Part shown: positions 8,405 to 18,364 of the stretch, in pieces
Layout of the letters: each line of letters begins with the position of its first letter
How positions within the stretch are numbered: the stretch's first letter is position 1
The notes under the pieces: generated by a model
Seen by the model: only the letters and a program-made list of their open reading frames with translations
What the model was told of the DNA's origin: nothing
Databases searched by the model: none
Position numbers and translations under genes: made by a program
Source of the DNA: Alphaproteobacteria bacterium
GTDB lineage: Bacteria; Pseudomonadota; Alphaproteobacteria; Rhodobacterales; Rhodobacteraceae
Length of the DNA stretch: 29,971 bases
Reading direction: 5' to 3'
Assembly (NCBI GenBank): GCA_013151535.1
Contig: JAADIC010000155.1
Coordinates: forward strand, 1-29,971

Positions 8405-10480
8405 ATGATCGGGGCAGAGACAAGGGTGCGCAAATTTCCCGGCATAAATGATCTGGCCGAGGCCCAGCGCGGCACGCTTCTGCTGTGGATGCCGTTCGCG
8501 CTGGCGTTGGGGATCGGGCTATATTTCGCGCTCAGGTTTGAGCCGGGGGTGGTGATCTACGGGACGCTTGTGGTTCTGATACCAGCGGGGATCTATGGCG
8601 CGCGTTTTGTGCCGTTTTCCGCAGCGGTAGTGCTGTTGGGATTGTCCATCGTGGCCACGGGTTTTGTCAATGCGGGCTTCTCAGCCCACCGCAAATCCGC
8701 GCCGGTTCTCAAATACCGCTATTATGGCCCGATTGAAGGGCGGATCATTGCGGTTGACCGCTCGGCCTCTGACAAGCCTCGGATCACGCTGGACCGGGTG
8801 CGTTTGGCAAAAGTCAGTGCATCAAGAACGCCGCGCAAGATCAGGATTTCATTGCATTATCCAAAGCAATTCATGACGCTTGAACCGGGTCGTATCGTCA
8901 TGCTGACAGCCAATCTGTCGCCGCCTTCAGGGCCGGTGGAGCCCGGTGGTTTCGATTTTCAGCGCTTCGCGTGGTTTCGCGCGCTTGGGGCAATCGGTTA
9001 CAGCCGTACGCCGGTGCTCGAGGCCGCCGCCCCCGATCAGGCCGGTTTTGCCATGGGCCTTGTGCGACTGCGCATGCGCCTTGCCACCGCGATTCGCGCC
9101 AAGATCGACGGGCAGGGCGGGGCCTTTGCCGCCGCGATCCTGCTTGGTGATCGCTCGGCCATCGCGCCTGAAATGCTGGCGCGTCTTCGCGCCTCAAATC
9201 TGGCGCATCTGCTGGCGATTTCCGGGCTGCATATGGGCCTTTTGACCGGATTCGTGTTCGCGGTGATCCGTTATGGTCTGGCGCTGGTGCCGTTTCTGGC
9301 CCTGCGCCTGCCGGTCAAGAAAATTGCCGCCATGGGCGCGTTTGTGGTGGCGGTGACCTATCTGTTTCTGTCGGGTGGAAACGTCGCCACCCAGCGCGCC
9401 TTTGTCATGGTGGCCGTAATGCTGCTGGCGATTCTGCTGGAGCGGCGCGCGTTGACCCTGCGCGCGGTGGCATTGGCGGCGGTGATCGTGCTGCTGGTGC
9501 GTCCCGAAAGCCTGATCGAGGCCGGTTTCCAGATGTCGTTCGCCGCCACCACCGCCCTTGTGGCGGTGTTCGCCTTTCTGCGCGACAGGGGGGTGTTTAT
9601 CGGCGGTGGCGGCCCGGTGAAAGGGGCTTTGCGCTGGCTGTTCGCGCTGGTCATGTCCTCGGGCGTGGCGGGGCTGGCGACCGCGCCGATTTCGGCGTTT
9701 CACTTCAACCAGATCGCCCAATATGGCTTGGCCGCGAACCTGTTGTCGGTACCGGCCATGGGCGCTGTCGTCATGCCCTCGGCGGTGGTGGCGATCCTGC
9801 TGACGCCGCTTGGGCTTGATGGCCTGGCCTGGGCGATGATGGGGGTCGGGATCGACTGGATCCTGTTTGTGGCGGGTAAAATCGCCGCCCTCAACGGGGC
9901 GGTGGTTTACATTGTCAAACCCGCGACGCTGGTTCTGGCCCTGATTGCCAGCGGTGCCCTGATGCTGGTGCTGCTGCGCGGCCCCGTGCGGTTGGTGGCC
10001 ATTGCACCGGTTTTGCTTGGCTTCTGGCTTTGGAGCGGCACCGAGCGCCCGAAATTGCTGCTCTCGGCCAATGGGCGCCTGATGGGGGTGGTAAAGGATG
10101 GCGCGCGGGTGCTGAACCGGGCCAGAGGGTCGGGTTTCGTGGCCAGCAACTGGCTTGAAAATGATGGCAAGGGGGCGACGCAGGAAATGGCGACGCTGGG
10201 GCTTGCCAAAGGCAAGACGCGGCTTGAGAGCGTTTCAATAGGGGGCCTGGAGGCCGCTTATATCTGGCAGAAAGATGTTGATCCTCAAGAGGTTGCGGCG
10301 CTTTGTTCAAGTTATGATCTGGTCATCCTGCCACAATCGAAACTGATGCAGGACGGGTGCGAAATTCTGAACAAAACCAGCCTGAAGGCCACAGGTTCAA
10401 TCGCCATAGATGTAGATAAGGCCGGATTTGTGCTAACAGGCGCGCGCCAGATGACCGGTGCGCGCCTGTGGTCGCGGTAA
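8405..10480 (+). CDS. comEC: ComEC/Rec2 DNA-uptake channel protein
   Basis: OB-fold region with PGGFDFQR, then LAHLLAISGLHMG, ATQRAFVM, GFQMSFAAT and ANLLSVP competence-domain motifs; 691 aa. Confidence 0.95.
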   Translation: MIGAETRVRKFPGINDLAEAQRGTLLLWMPFALALGIGLYFALRFEPGVVIYGTLVVLIPAGIYGARFVPFSAAVVLLGLSIVATGFVNAGFSAHRKSAPVLKYRYYGPIEGRIIAVDRSASDKPRITLDRVRLAKVSASRTPRKIRISLHYPKQFMTLEPGRIVMLTANLSPPSGPVEPGGFDFQRFAWFRALGAIGYSRTPVLEAAAPDQAGFAMGLVRLRMRLATAIRAKIDGQGGAFAAAILLGDRSAIAPEMLARLRASNLAHLLAISGLHMGLLTGFVFAVIRYGLALVPFLALRLPVKKIAAMGAFVVAVTYLFLSGGNVATQRAFVMVAVMLLAILLERRALTLRAVALAAVIVLLVRPESLIEAGFQMSFAATTALVAVFAFLRDRGVFIGGGGPVKGALRWLFALVMSSGVAGLATAPISAFHFNQIAQYGLAANLLSVPAMGAVVMPSAVVAILLTPLGLDGLAWAMMGVGIDWILFVAGKIAALNGAVVYIVKPATLVLALIASGALMLVLLRGPVRLVAIAPVLLGFWLWSGTERPKLLLSANGRLMGVVKDGARVLNRARGSGFVASNWLENDGKGATQEMATLGLAKGKTRLESVSIGGLEAAYIWQKDVDPQEVAALCSSYDLVILPQSKLMQDGCEILNKTSLKATGSIAIDVDKAGFVLTGARQMTGARLWSR

Positions 10481-10482
10481 AG

Positions 10483-11181
10483 CTAATATGTGCGGATCAA
10501 CCCCACCAGACGGCCCTGAATTTTCACCTGATCGTCACGGTAAACCCGGGTTTCATAGGCCGGATTGGCGGCCTCAAGCGCGATGGCGTTACCGCGTTTG
10601 CGCAAGCGTTTCAGGGTCGCCTCCTGATCGTCCACCAACGCCACAACGATATCGCCGTTTTGGGCATCGGGTTGCTCGCGAATGACCACCACGTCGCCAT
10701 TGTTAATGCCGGCGTCAATCATGGAATCACCTTTGACTTCAAGGGCATAGTGCAGACCCTTGGAGCGCAGCATGCCGTTGGGTACGGTGACGCTGGCGGT
10801 TTTGTGGCTGATCGCCTCGATCGGTGTACCGGCCGCAATCTGGCCCATGATCGGCACATCAAGGGCGTTGCTGCGCTCAACCGGCATGGCCTCGCGCGGG
10901 CGACCCGTGGCCGACCCCTCGATAACTTTGGGCTGAAATCCACCCCGAACCGGCACATCGGCCAGCGAATCCGGCAGTTTCACAATTTCAATCGCCCGGG
11001 CGCGATGGGCAAGACGGTGGATGAAGCCGCGTTCCTCAAGCGCTGTAATCAACCGGTGAATGCCGGATTTGGAGCGCAGATCAAGCGCGTCTTTCATTTC
11101 ATCAAATGACGGCGGCACCCCGTCGCGCTGCATGCGTTTGTGAATAAATTCCAGCAAATCCAGTTGCTTGCGGGTCAGCAT
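10483..11181 (-). CDS. lexA: SOS repressor LexA
   Basis: [10 protein letters not shown]...PPSFDEM...SKSGIHRL wHTH. Ala-Gly cleavage site IAAG, catalytic Ser (GDSM) and Lys (TLKR). Confidence 0.98.
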   Translation of the reverse strand: MLTRKQLDLLEFIHKRMQRDGVPPSFDEMKDALDLRSKSGIHRLITALEERGFIHRLAHRARAIEIVKLPDSLADVPVRGGFQPKVIEGSATGRPREAMPVERSNALDVPIMGQIAAGTPIEAISHKTASVTVPNGMLRSKGLHYALEVKGDSMIDAGINNGDVVVIREQPDAQNGDIVVALVDDQEATLKRLRKRGNAIALEAANPAYETRVYRDDQVKIQGRLVGLIRTY

Positions 11182-11226
11182 TAATGTCTCCTTCGCTCGA
11201 AACGGCGGGTTTCTCCCACCTTGTCG

Positions 11227-11243
11227 CGCGATTTGAAATCGCG
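11227..11243. promoter_or_regulatory. Perfect 17-bp palindrome CGCGATTT-G-AAATCGCG abutting the SOS boxes
   Basis: 8-bp arms with a 1-nt centre, 1 nt from the first GTTC. Binding factor unknown. Confidence 0.45.
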
Positions 11244-11244
11244 T

Positions 11245-11270
11245 GTTCGGGCTAAGTTCTATATGTGTTC
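11245..11270. promoter_or_regulatory. Two overlapping alphaproteobacterial LexA boxes
   Basis: GTTC-GGGCTAA-GTTC-TATATGT-GTTC: three perfect half-sites at N7 spacing upstream of lexA. Confidence 0.92.
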
Positions 11271-11313
11271 TTGTTTTGTGTCAATACGCAGCGCAAGCAC
11301 GCCTGCCACAACA

Positions 11314-12501
11314 TCATGTGGTGCGAATGACCTCGACCATCTCACCGGATTTGCGCGCCGGGTCATTTGGCGGGCGTACCAGCAGGGCGTTGGATTTGGC
11401 CAGCACGCTCAGCAACGCGCTGTCCTGCCTATCGGCGGGGTGGATCGTCAACTGGCCGTATTCCACCCCAAGCGAGGCGCGCATATAGTGTTCGCGCCCG
11501 CCATTTGGCCCCATATCGCTGCCAAGCCGTGCCAGTTCACGCGGCAAGGGATGATCGCCCAGCCCCAACATGACGTTAAGCGCAGGGCGCAAGAAGATAT
11601 GGCCGCAAACCATTGAAGATACAGGATTTCCCGGCAAGCCAATCATTGGCGTTTCGTCGATTTTACCTGCCATCAATGGCTTGCCGGGGCGCATGGCGAC
11701 CTTGTAAAACGCGGTCTTCAGGCCCAGATCGCTGGCGACAGATTGCACGATGTCATGATCCCCGACCGAGGCCCCGCCAATGGTCACAATCAGATCGGCC
11801 CCGCGCGCCAGTTTCAGTGCCAGCGTCAGGGATTGCGCCGTATCTTTGGCAATTGGCAGCATGCGGATTTCAGCGCCCTGGGCTTCAAGCAGCGCGGCAA
11901 GGCCGAAATTGTTCGAGGCGATGATCTGGTCCGGCCCCGGCACCTCGCCCGGCATGACAAGTTCATCCCCTGTCGCAAGCAGCGCGACCACGGGTTTGCG
12001 GCGCACGGGGACCTCACTAATATTCATCGCGGCCAACAGCGCTATATCGGCGGGGGTCAGGCGGCGCGGGGCGGAAATCCCGTCGCCTGCGCTAAAATCA
12101 TCACCGGCAGGGCGGATAAAGTGTGCGGATTCAACCTCTTGGCCAATTGTGATCACATTTTCAAGGCGCAGTACATCTTCCTGCATCACCACCCGGTCGA
12201 CACCTTCCGGCACCGGCGCACCAGTGAAAATACGCACCGCTTGTCCCGCGCCAACGCTGCCGTCAAAGCCTGACCCGGCAGCGGATTCACCAATTACGGT
12301 AAATTCAGCCCCCGGCGTGAGCGCATCATTGGCAACGCCATAGCCATCCATGGAGGAGGCAGCAAAAGGCGGCTGGTTACGTTTTGTGATCACATCCTCG
12401 GCCAAAACCCGGCCCGAGGCTTGGTGTAAGGGCACCAATTCCATCGGCAAAGGGGTAAACAGATCGGTGATTTTGTTCAGGGCTTCGGTGACAGTCAACA
12501 T
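11314..12501 (-). CDS. moeA: Molybdopterin molybdenumtransferase MoeA
   Basis: PPFAASSMDGY, VRIFTGAPVPEG, ATGDELV, GGASVGDHD, MRPGKPL, GLPGNPVS. Confidence 0.97.
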   Translation of the reverse strand: MLTVTEALNKITDLFTPLPMELVPLHQASGRVLAEDVITKRNQPPFAASSMDGYGVANDALTPGAEFTVIGESAAGSGFDGSVGAGQAVRIFTGAPVPEGVDRVVMQEDVLRLENVITIGQEVESAHFIRPAGDDFSAGDGISAPRRLTPADIALLAAMNISEVPVRRKPVVALLATGDELVMPGEVPGPDQIIASNNFGLAALLEAQGAEIRMLPIAKDTAQSLTLALKLARGADLIVTIGGASVGDHDIVQSVASDLGLKTAFYKVAMRPGKPLMAGKIDETPMIGLPGNPVSSMVCGHIFLRPALNVMLGLGDHPLPRELARLGSDMGPNGGREHYMRASLGVEYGQLTIHPADRQDSALLSVLAKSNALLVRPPNDPARKSGEMVEVIRTT

Positions 12502-12978
12502 TCACGTCGCCTCGTAACGGCCTGATTTACCGCCATCTTTCAGATCAACCTTGATGTCGGTGATCTGCATCGCACGATCCACCGCCTTGAGCATATCGTA
12601 AACCGTCAACGCGGCCACGGATACCGCTGTCAGCGCCTCCATCTCGACCCCGGTCTGGCCCGAGGTTTTGACCGCGGCTGTTATCACAACGCTGTTGCGG
12701 GCCTCATCCGTGTCCAGATCAAGTGCAACTTTAGTAATTGGCAAGGGATGGCAAAGTGGGATCAGATCGGCGGTTTTCTTGGCCGCCATGATGCCGGCAA
12801 GGCGCGCGATACCCAGAACATCGCCCTTTTTGGCGGTGCCTTGCAGGACAAGCGCCAGCGTCGCCGGCTCCATAATCACCCGGCCCGAGGCGGTGGCAAT
12901 GCGGTCGGTCACATCTTTGTCGGACACATCAACCATATGCGCCGCGCCGCTGTCATCAAAATGGGTTAATCCGGTCAT
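12502..12978 (-). CDS. moaC: Cyclic pyranopterin monophosphate synthase MoaC
   Basis: LTHFD...[47 protein letters not shown]. Confidence 0.98.
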   Translation of the reverse strand: MTGLTHFDDSGAAHMVDVSDKDVTDRIATASGRVIMEPATLALVLQGTAKKGDVLGIARLAGIMAAKKTADLIPLCHPLPITKVALDLDTDEARNSVVITAAVKTSGQTGVEMEALTAVSVAALTVYDMLKAVDRAMQITDIKVDLKDGGKSGRYEAT

Positions 12979-13772
12979 TTATCGTTCCCTGTCAGAAGGT
13001 TGCGCGTGGCGCTGGCCACATCGGCCTGGCGCATCAGGCTTTCGCCAATCAGAAAGTTCCGCGCGCCATATTCGGCCAGATCGGCCAGATCGGTGGACGT
13101 AAAGATACCGCTTTCCGCTACGATCATCCGGTCATCGGGCACCCTTGCGGCCAGTTCGCGGGTGGTATCAAGCGCGACCTCAAAGGTTTTGAGGTTGCGG
13201 TTGTTGATGCCCATCAAGGGCGATTTCAGCCTGCAGGCGCGCGCAAGCTCGTCGCCATCATGGACTTCCAGCAGCACATCCATACCCCAGCCAAAGGCGG
13301 CGTTTTCAAGTTCGGCGGCCTGAGCGTCGCTGACCGAGGCCAGAATAATCAAGATGCAATCGGCCCCAAGGGCGCGGGCTTCGGCCACCTGATAGGGGTC
13401 ATAGATGAAATCTTTGCGCAGGGCGGGCAGGGCGACCGCGCCGCGCGCTGCCACCAGAAATTCATCGGCCCCTTGAAAGGAAGGGGTGTCGGTCAGAACG
13501 CTGAGGCAGGTCGCGCCGCCGATCTCATAGGCGCGCGCCAGCTCGGCCGGGTTGAAATCCGCCCGGATCAGGCCCTTGGACGGGCTGGCCTTTTTGATCT
13601 CGGCGATCAGGCCATAGCCGGATTTTGACGCCTCGACTAGGGCTGCATGAAAGCCGCGCGGGGGGTCGGCGGCGCGGGCCTCGGCTTCAACCTCGGCCAT
13701 GGGGCGCACTAGTTTACGCGCGGCGACCTCGTCCAGTTTATAGGCTTTGATCTTGTCCAGAATGTTACTCAT
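12975..13772 (-). CDS. trpC: Indole-3-glycerol phosphate synthase
   Basis: [53 protein letters not shown] overlaps at both ends. Confidence 0.98.
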   Translation of the reverse strand: MSNILDKIKAYKLDEVAARKLVRPMAEVEAEARAADPPRGFHAALVEASKSGYGLIAEIKKASPSKGLIRADFNPAELARAYEIGGATCLSVLTDTPSFQGADEFLVAARGAVALPALRKDFIYDPYQVAEARALGADCILIILASVSDAQAAELENAAFGWGMDVLLEVHDGDELARACRLKSPLMGINNRNLKTFEVALDTTRELAARVPDDRMIVAESGIFTSTDLADLAEYGARNFLIGESLMRQADVASATRNLLTGNDK

Positions 13773-14788
13773 GTCTCTACCGGTGTCAGTTTGGCGAGGG
13801 CTTCGATCTTGGCTTTTGCCGCGCCGCTGTCAATGCTTTCGCGTGCCATTTCAACACCTTGAGGCAATGTCTTCACCTTGTCAGCGACAATCAAAGCGGC
13901 GGCTGCGTTCAGCAGAACCGCATCGCGATAGGCGCTGGCCTCACCCTCTAGCAGCGCGCGGAACGCTGCACCATTTTCAGCGGGTGTGCCCCCCAGAATG
14001 TCCTTGAACGGATGCACCGGCAGGCCCGCATCCTCGGGATGGATCTCGCGATCTTCAACCGTGCCATCCTCAAGTGCTGCGATCCACGACACCCCGGCGA
14101 TCGAGATTTCATCAGTGCCGTCTGACCCATGCACCAGCCACGCCTTGTCCGAGCCAAGCGCGTGCAAAGTTTCCGCCATGGGGCGGATCACGTCGCGCGA
14201 ATAAGCGCCGGTCAACTGGCGTTTGACACCAGCCGGATTGGTTAGCGGGCCAAGAATGTTGAATATCGTGCGGGTGCCGAGTTCCTGACGCGAGGGCATC
14301 ACATGGCGCGTCGCCGGGTGGTGCATGGGGGCCATCATGAAGCCGATGCCAACCTCGTTAATCGCGCGCTCGACCACATCGGGGCCGACCATGACGTTGA
14401 TGCCCATGGCCCCCAGCGCATCGGCAGCGCCTGATTTGGAGGACAGATTGCGGTTGCCGTGTTTGGCCACGACCACGCCGCAACCGGCCACCACAAAGGC
14501 GGTGGCGGTGGAAATATTCAGCGTGCCCTTACCGTCGCCGCCGGTGCCAACGATATCCATGGCCCCCGCAGGCGCGCGCACCGCCAAGCATTTGGCGCGC
14601 ATCACGGCGGCGGCGGCGGCGTATTCGTCAACGGTTTCACCACGGGTGCGCAGGGCCATCAACAGGCCACCGATCTGGCTTGGTGTTGCGTTGCCTTCCA
14701 TGATCGCGCCAAAGGCGATTTCGGCCTCCGCACGGGTCAGAGGGCGCTCGGCGGCGGTGCCCATCAGCTCTTTCAAGGCGTCTTTCAT
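13769..14788 (-). CDS. trpD: Anthranilate phosphoribosyltransferase
   Basis: [48 protein letters not shown]. Confidence 0.98.
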   Translation of the reverse strand: MKDALKELMGTAAERPLTRAEAEIAFGAIMEGNATPSQIGGLLMALRTRGETVDEYAAAAAVMRAKCLAVRAPAGAMDIVGTGGDGKGTLNISTATAFVVAGCGVVVAKHGNRNLSSKSGAADALGAMGINVMVGPDVVERAINEVGIGFMMAPMHHPATRHVMPSRQELGTRTIFNILGPLTNPAGVKRQLTGAYSRDVIRPMAETLHALGSDKAWLVHGSDGTDEISIAGVSWIAALEDGTVEDREIHPEDAGLPVHPFKDILGGTPAENGAAFRALLEGEASAYRDAVLLNAAAALIVADKVKTLPQGVEMARESIDSGAAKAKIEALAKLTPVET

Positions 14789-15366
14789 GCGGGTTCTTTC
14801 ACATCTCTTAGGAAGTTCTTAAGCATTTTGTGGCCATGTTCGGATGCAATGCTTTCGGGATGAAACTGCACGCCGTGGATTGGCAGGCTTTTGTGGCGCA
14901 GGCCCATGATGGTGCCGTCTTCCAGCCAGGCGGTGATTTCAAGGCAGTCGGGCAGGCTGTCCCGCTCCACCACAAGCGAATGGTACCGCGTGGCGGCAAA
15001 CGGGCTGGGCAGGCCGTCAAACAGGCCTTGGCCATTGTTGTGCATGGGTGCGGTTTTGCCGTGCACGATTTCGTGGCAGCGGATGACCTTGCCACCAAAG
15101 GCCTGGCCGATGCTCTGGTGGCCAAGGCAGACGCCGATCAGCGGCAGCTTGATTTCAGCCGCCGCACGGGTCAACTCAAGGCAAATTCCGGCCTGATCCG
15201 GGTCACAGGGGCCGGGCGACAGCAAGATTGCAGACGGGTGCTGCGCCAAAACCTCGGCGCATGTCAGCTCGTCATTACGCACGACCTTTACCTCGGTGCC
15301 CAGTTCACCCAGATAGTGGACAAGGTTCCATGTAAAACTGTCGTAATTGTCGATCAGAACCAGCAT
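14785..15366 (-). CDS. trpG: Anthranilate synthase component II (glutamine amidotransferase)
   Basis: [41 protein letters not shown]. Likely start ATG 15366 (alternative 15384). Confidence 0.96.
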   Translation of the reverse strand: MLVLIDNYDSFTWNLVHYLGELGTEVKVVRNDELTCAEVLAQHPSAILLSPGPCDPDQAGICLELTRAAAEIKLPLIGVCLGHQSIGQAFGGKVIRCHEIVHGKTAPMHNNGQGLFDGLPSPFAATRYHSLVVERDSLPDCLEITAWLEDGTIMGLRHKSLPIHGVQFHPESIASEHGHKMLKNFLRDVKEPA

Positions 15367-15453
15367 TGGCGCATGGCTTTCCATCTTATGGCCGGAGATG
15401 GGGAATAAGGGGTGAACCCGGCGCGCATTCGCGCTATAAATGCCCAGAGGCGC

Positions 15454-15481
15454 GGCGAATGGTCAAGGGCGAATGGTCAAG
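15454..15481. repeat. Perfect 14-bp tandem duplication in the trpG / deacetylase divergent promoter
   Basis: GGCGAATGGTCAAG x2. Each copy carries TTGACC on the minus strand. Confidence 0.9.
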
Positions 15482-15513
15482 GCTGTGCGGGCAGATAAAT
15501 TACGGAGGCACGC

Positions 15514-16764
15514 ATGAGTGGCGGGTTTGGCATAGGTTTTTTCAAAGGCACCCTGTTTTCGCTGATCGGGCTAAGCGCGCTGTCGCTGGCGATGCCGCTG
15601 ACCCCGGTTGACCCCGGCAAGGCTTCACAGGTTGATCTGACGACGCCGACCGGCTCGGGCTTTAACGCCGAGCGCAAGGATATCAACCCGGTGCTGCCCG
15701 ATACCGATCAAAGCGTGGTCAAGGAGGGCGTGAGCAAACCGGTTTCCGAGGCGACACCGGAAAACCCCGCGACCGACACGACCACGGCAAAGCAGCCGCA
15801 AAGCCAAAGCGGGGTGGAGCTGGGAAGCGTTGAAGCTGGTGACGCGGGCGCGGATGTGACCACGCCCAAGGGTGATGCGCCGCTGGTGAATACGCCGCCG
15901 GTTCTGGGCCTGCCGATGCCCGAGATTGACGCGCCAGTGCGCGAAATTCCAGTCAACCGGCTGCCGGTGGTTGATCCGCCCGCAACCGAGGTTGATGCGC
16001 CGCCGGCGATTGATGGTGCTGAAAGCAGCGCCGCGGATGCCCTGGACGCAAGCACGGTTGCGGCAAATACCGCCGCCAAGGGCGCGCTTTTGCGTAACAA
16101 AACGGTGTTCCAGAACCCGTCGGGCAAACCCCTGATGTCGATCATCCTGCTGGATGCCGGGGCCGAGGGGCTGAAAAAGGAGGATTTGCTGACGTTTTCC
16201 TTTCCGGTGACCTTCGCGCTTGATCCCAACGCGGCTGGCGTGACGGCTGATGCCAAGGTTTATGCGCGCAAGGGGTTCGAGGTTCTGGCCATGGCCCCAA
16301 CTGGTACCCAGGCGCTGGAGGCGGCGGAAAACGACGCCGATATCGCCGCCGCCCTATCCGGTATTTTTGCCAGGATCCCGCAAGCGGTAGGGCTGGTGGA
16401 CCAGCCCGAGGCCACCTTGCAGCAATCACCGAAACTGGCCGCGCAGGTGATCGCCAGCTTTGAAGAAACCGGCCACGGCTTGCTGACCTATGACATCGGT
16501 CTGAATTCAACCGATCAAAAGGCGCGGTCGGCTGGGATTTATGCGGATACGGTGTTTCGCGTGCTCGATAGCGAGGGCGAGAATGCAACCAAGATCAAAC
16601 GCTATCTTAACCGCGCGGTGCTTGAGGCCGGCAAAAACGGCAGCGTGATCGTGATTGGGCGAACCTATCCCGAGACAGTGACAGCCCTGTTCAGTTGGGC
16701 GCTGAGCGCAAAATCGGCAACGATTTCGCTGGCACCTGTATCGGCGGTGTTGCTGGGCGAATAG
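15514..16764 (+). CDS. Divergent polysaccharide deacetylase (YibQ-like) family protein, N-terminally membrane-anchored
   Basis: N-terminal TM, Pro/Thr/Ala-rich linker, C-terminal domain PLMSIILLD...PVTFAL...GFEVL...ADTVFRVLD...VIGRTYPET. ATG preceded by GGAGG. Position between trpG and trpE is typical of the family. Confidence 0.8.
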   Translation: MSGGFGIGFFKGTLFSLIGLSALSLAMPLTPVDPGKASQVDLTTPTGSGFNAERKDINPVLPDTDQSVVKEGVSKPVSEATPENPATDTTTAKQPQSQSGVELGSVEAGDAGADVTTPKGDAPLVNTPPVLGLPMPEIDAPVREIPVNRLPVVDPPATEVDAPPAIDGAESSAADALDASTVAANTAAKGALLRNKTVFQNPSGKPLMSIILLDAGAEGLKKEDLLTFSFPVTFALDPNAAGVTADAKVYARKGFEVLAMAPTGTQALEAAENDADIAAALSGIFARIPQAVGLVDQPEATLQQSPKLAAQVIASFEETGHGLLTYDIGLNSTDQKARSAGIYADTVFRVLDSEGENATKIKRYLNRAVLEAGKNGSVIVIGRTYPETVTALFSWALSAKSATISLAPVSAVLLGE

Positions 16765-16773
16765 GGCGTGGTG

Positions 16774-16828
16774 TGAAAAATTATTCCCGAATAATTTTCA
16801 AACGGAAGAATTTTCGATATTATTCTTC
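16774..16828. terminator. Two AT-rich inverted repeats between convergent deacetylase and trpE
   Basis: AAAATTATTC-CC-GAATAATTTT (16777-16798) and GAAGAAT-N10-ATTCTTC (16805-16828). Not a classical GC-stem terminator. Confidence 0.35.
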
Positions 16829-16848
16829 TTGGCTGAAGGGAAGGAAAT

Positions 16849-18363
16849 TCAATTCCGGTCGCTGAACTTCACAAACAGGCCTGCATCCTTGGCTGCCTGA
16901 CGTAAGGCTTTGGATTTGTTGACGGTTTCCTGAAACTCGGCCTCGGGGTCACTGTCATAGACCACGCCACCACCAGCCTGAATATAGAGTTTCTCGTCCT
17001 TGGTGACCGCCGTGCGCAGGGCGATGCAGATGTCCATATCACCATTGGCCGAGAAATAGCCGACGCCGCCGCCGTAAACCCCGCGTTTTTCGTGCTCAAG
17101 TTCGTCGATGATCTGCATGGCACGGACTTTGGGCGCGCCGGAAACCGTGCCTGCGGGCAGGCCAGCCAGCAGGGCTGACAGCGCGTCTTCGCCCTCGCGC
17201 AGCTCACCCACCACGTTGGAGACGATGTGCATCACATGCGAATAACGCTCGATCAGATATTGCTCGTTTGGGTTGACGCTGCCGATTTTGGCGACGCGGC
17301 CGACATCGTTGCGGCCGAGATCAAGCAGCATCAGATGTTCGGCGCGCTCTTTCGGGTCGGCCAGCAGATCAACCTCGTAAGCCTTGTCGGCCTCGGGCGT
17401 ATCCCCGCGCGGGCGGGTGCCTGCGATCGGGCGGATGGTGACCTCATCGCCTTGCAGGCGCACCAGAATTTCCGGGCTGGCGCCGATCACCTGAAAGCCG
17501 CCAAAGTTGAAATAGAACATATAGGGCGATGGATTGGTGCGCCTGAGTGCGCGATAAAGCGCAAACGGCGGCAGGGTGAAATCCTGCGTCCAGCGCTGCG
17601 AGGGCACCACCTGAAAGATGTCACCAGCGCGGATATAATCGCGTGCCTTTTCGACCATGGCGAAATATTCAGCCTTGGTGGTGTTGGAAACCGGTTCGGC
17701 CACGTCGGATTTATCGCCGAGATCGCGGCTTTCATTCGGCGCTTGCCGATCCAGATCACGCACCGCGTCCATCACCCGCTCAGCCGCTTGGGCGTAGGCC
17801 GCGCGGGCGGATAATCCACCCGCAGACCATGCGGGCGACACCACCGTCACCTCGCCCTTGACGCCATCGAGCACCACCACCACCGAGGGGCGCAGCATGA
17901 TCGCATCGGGCAGGCCGAGCGGATCGGGGTTGATGTTTGGCAGGTGTTCAACGAGGCGGATCATGTCATAACCGAGATAGCCGAACAGACCGGCGCAAAT
18001 CGGCGGCAGGCCATCAGGCAGATCAATATGGCTTTCAGCAATCAGCGCGCGCAGGGCGGTGAGGGGGGCGCCATCAACCGGTTGAAAGGCGTCGCCGTCA
18101 TAGCGCGCCTCGCGGTTCAGACGGCTGGTCTGGCCGTGACATTGCCAGATCAGATCGGGCTTCATGCCGATAACCGAATAGCGCCCGCGCACTTCGCCCC
18201 CGGTGACACTTTCCAGCATGAAGGCATCCTTGCGGGCCTGCGCCAGCTTCAGCATCAGGCTGACCGGCGTGTCCAGATCCGCCGCGAGCCGGGTGAACAC
18301 CACCTGATTTTGCCCGGCGTCAAAACCTTGGGCGAAATCGTCAAACGCAGGCTCGATCGCCAT
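16849..18363 (-). CDS. trpE: Anthranilate synthase component I
   Basis: DLDTPVS, MLESVTGGEVRGRYS, AGDIFQVVPSQR, NPSPYM, IAGTRPRG, EHLMLLDLGRND, YSHVMHIVS, PAGTVSGAPKVRAM. Start MAIEPAF at ATG 18363. Confidence 0.98.
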   Translation of the reverse strand: MAIEPAFDDFAQGFDAGQNQVVFTRLAADLDTPVSLMLKLAQARKDAFMLESVTGGEVRGRYSVIGMKPDLIWQCHGQTSRLNREARYDGDAFQPVDGAPLTALRALIAESHIDLPDGLPPICAGLFGYLGYDMIRLVEHLPNINPDPLGLPDAIMLRPSVVVVLDGVKGEVTVVSPAWSAGGLSARAAYAQAAERVMDAVRDLDRQAPNESRDLGDKSDVAEPVSNTTKAEYFAMVEKARDYIRAGDIFQVVPSQRWTQDFTLPPFALYRALRRTNPSPYMFYFNFGGFQVIGASPEILVRLQGDEVTIRPIAGTRPRGDTPEADKAYEVDLLADPKERAEHLMLLDLGRNDVGRVAKIGSVNPNEQYLIERYSHVMHIVSNVVGELREGEDALSALLAGLPAGTVSGAPKVRAMQIIDELEHEKRGVYGGGVGYFSANGDMDICIALRTAVTKDEKLYIQAGGGVVYDSDPEAEFQETVNKSKALRQAAKDAGLFVKFSDRN

Positions 18364-18364
18364 C

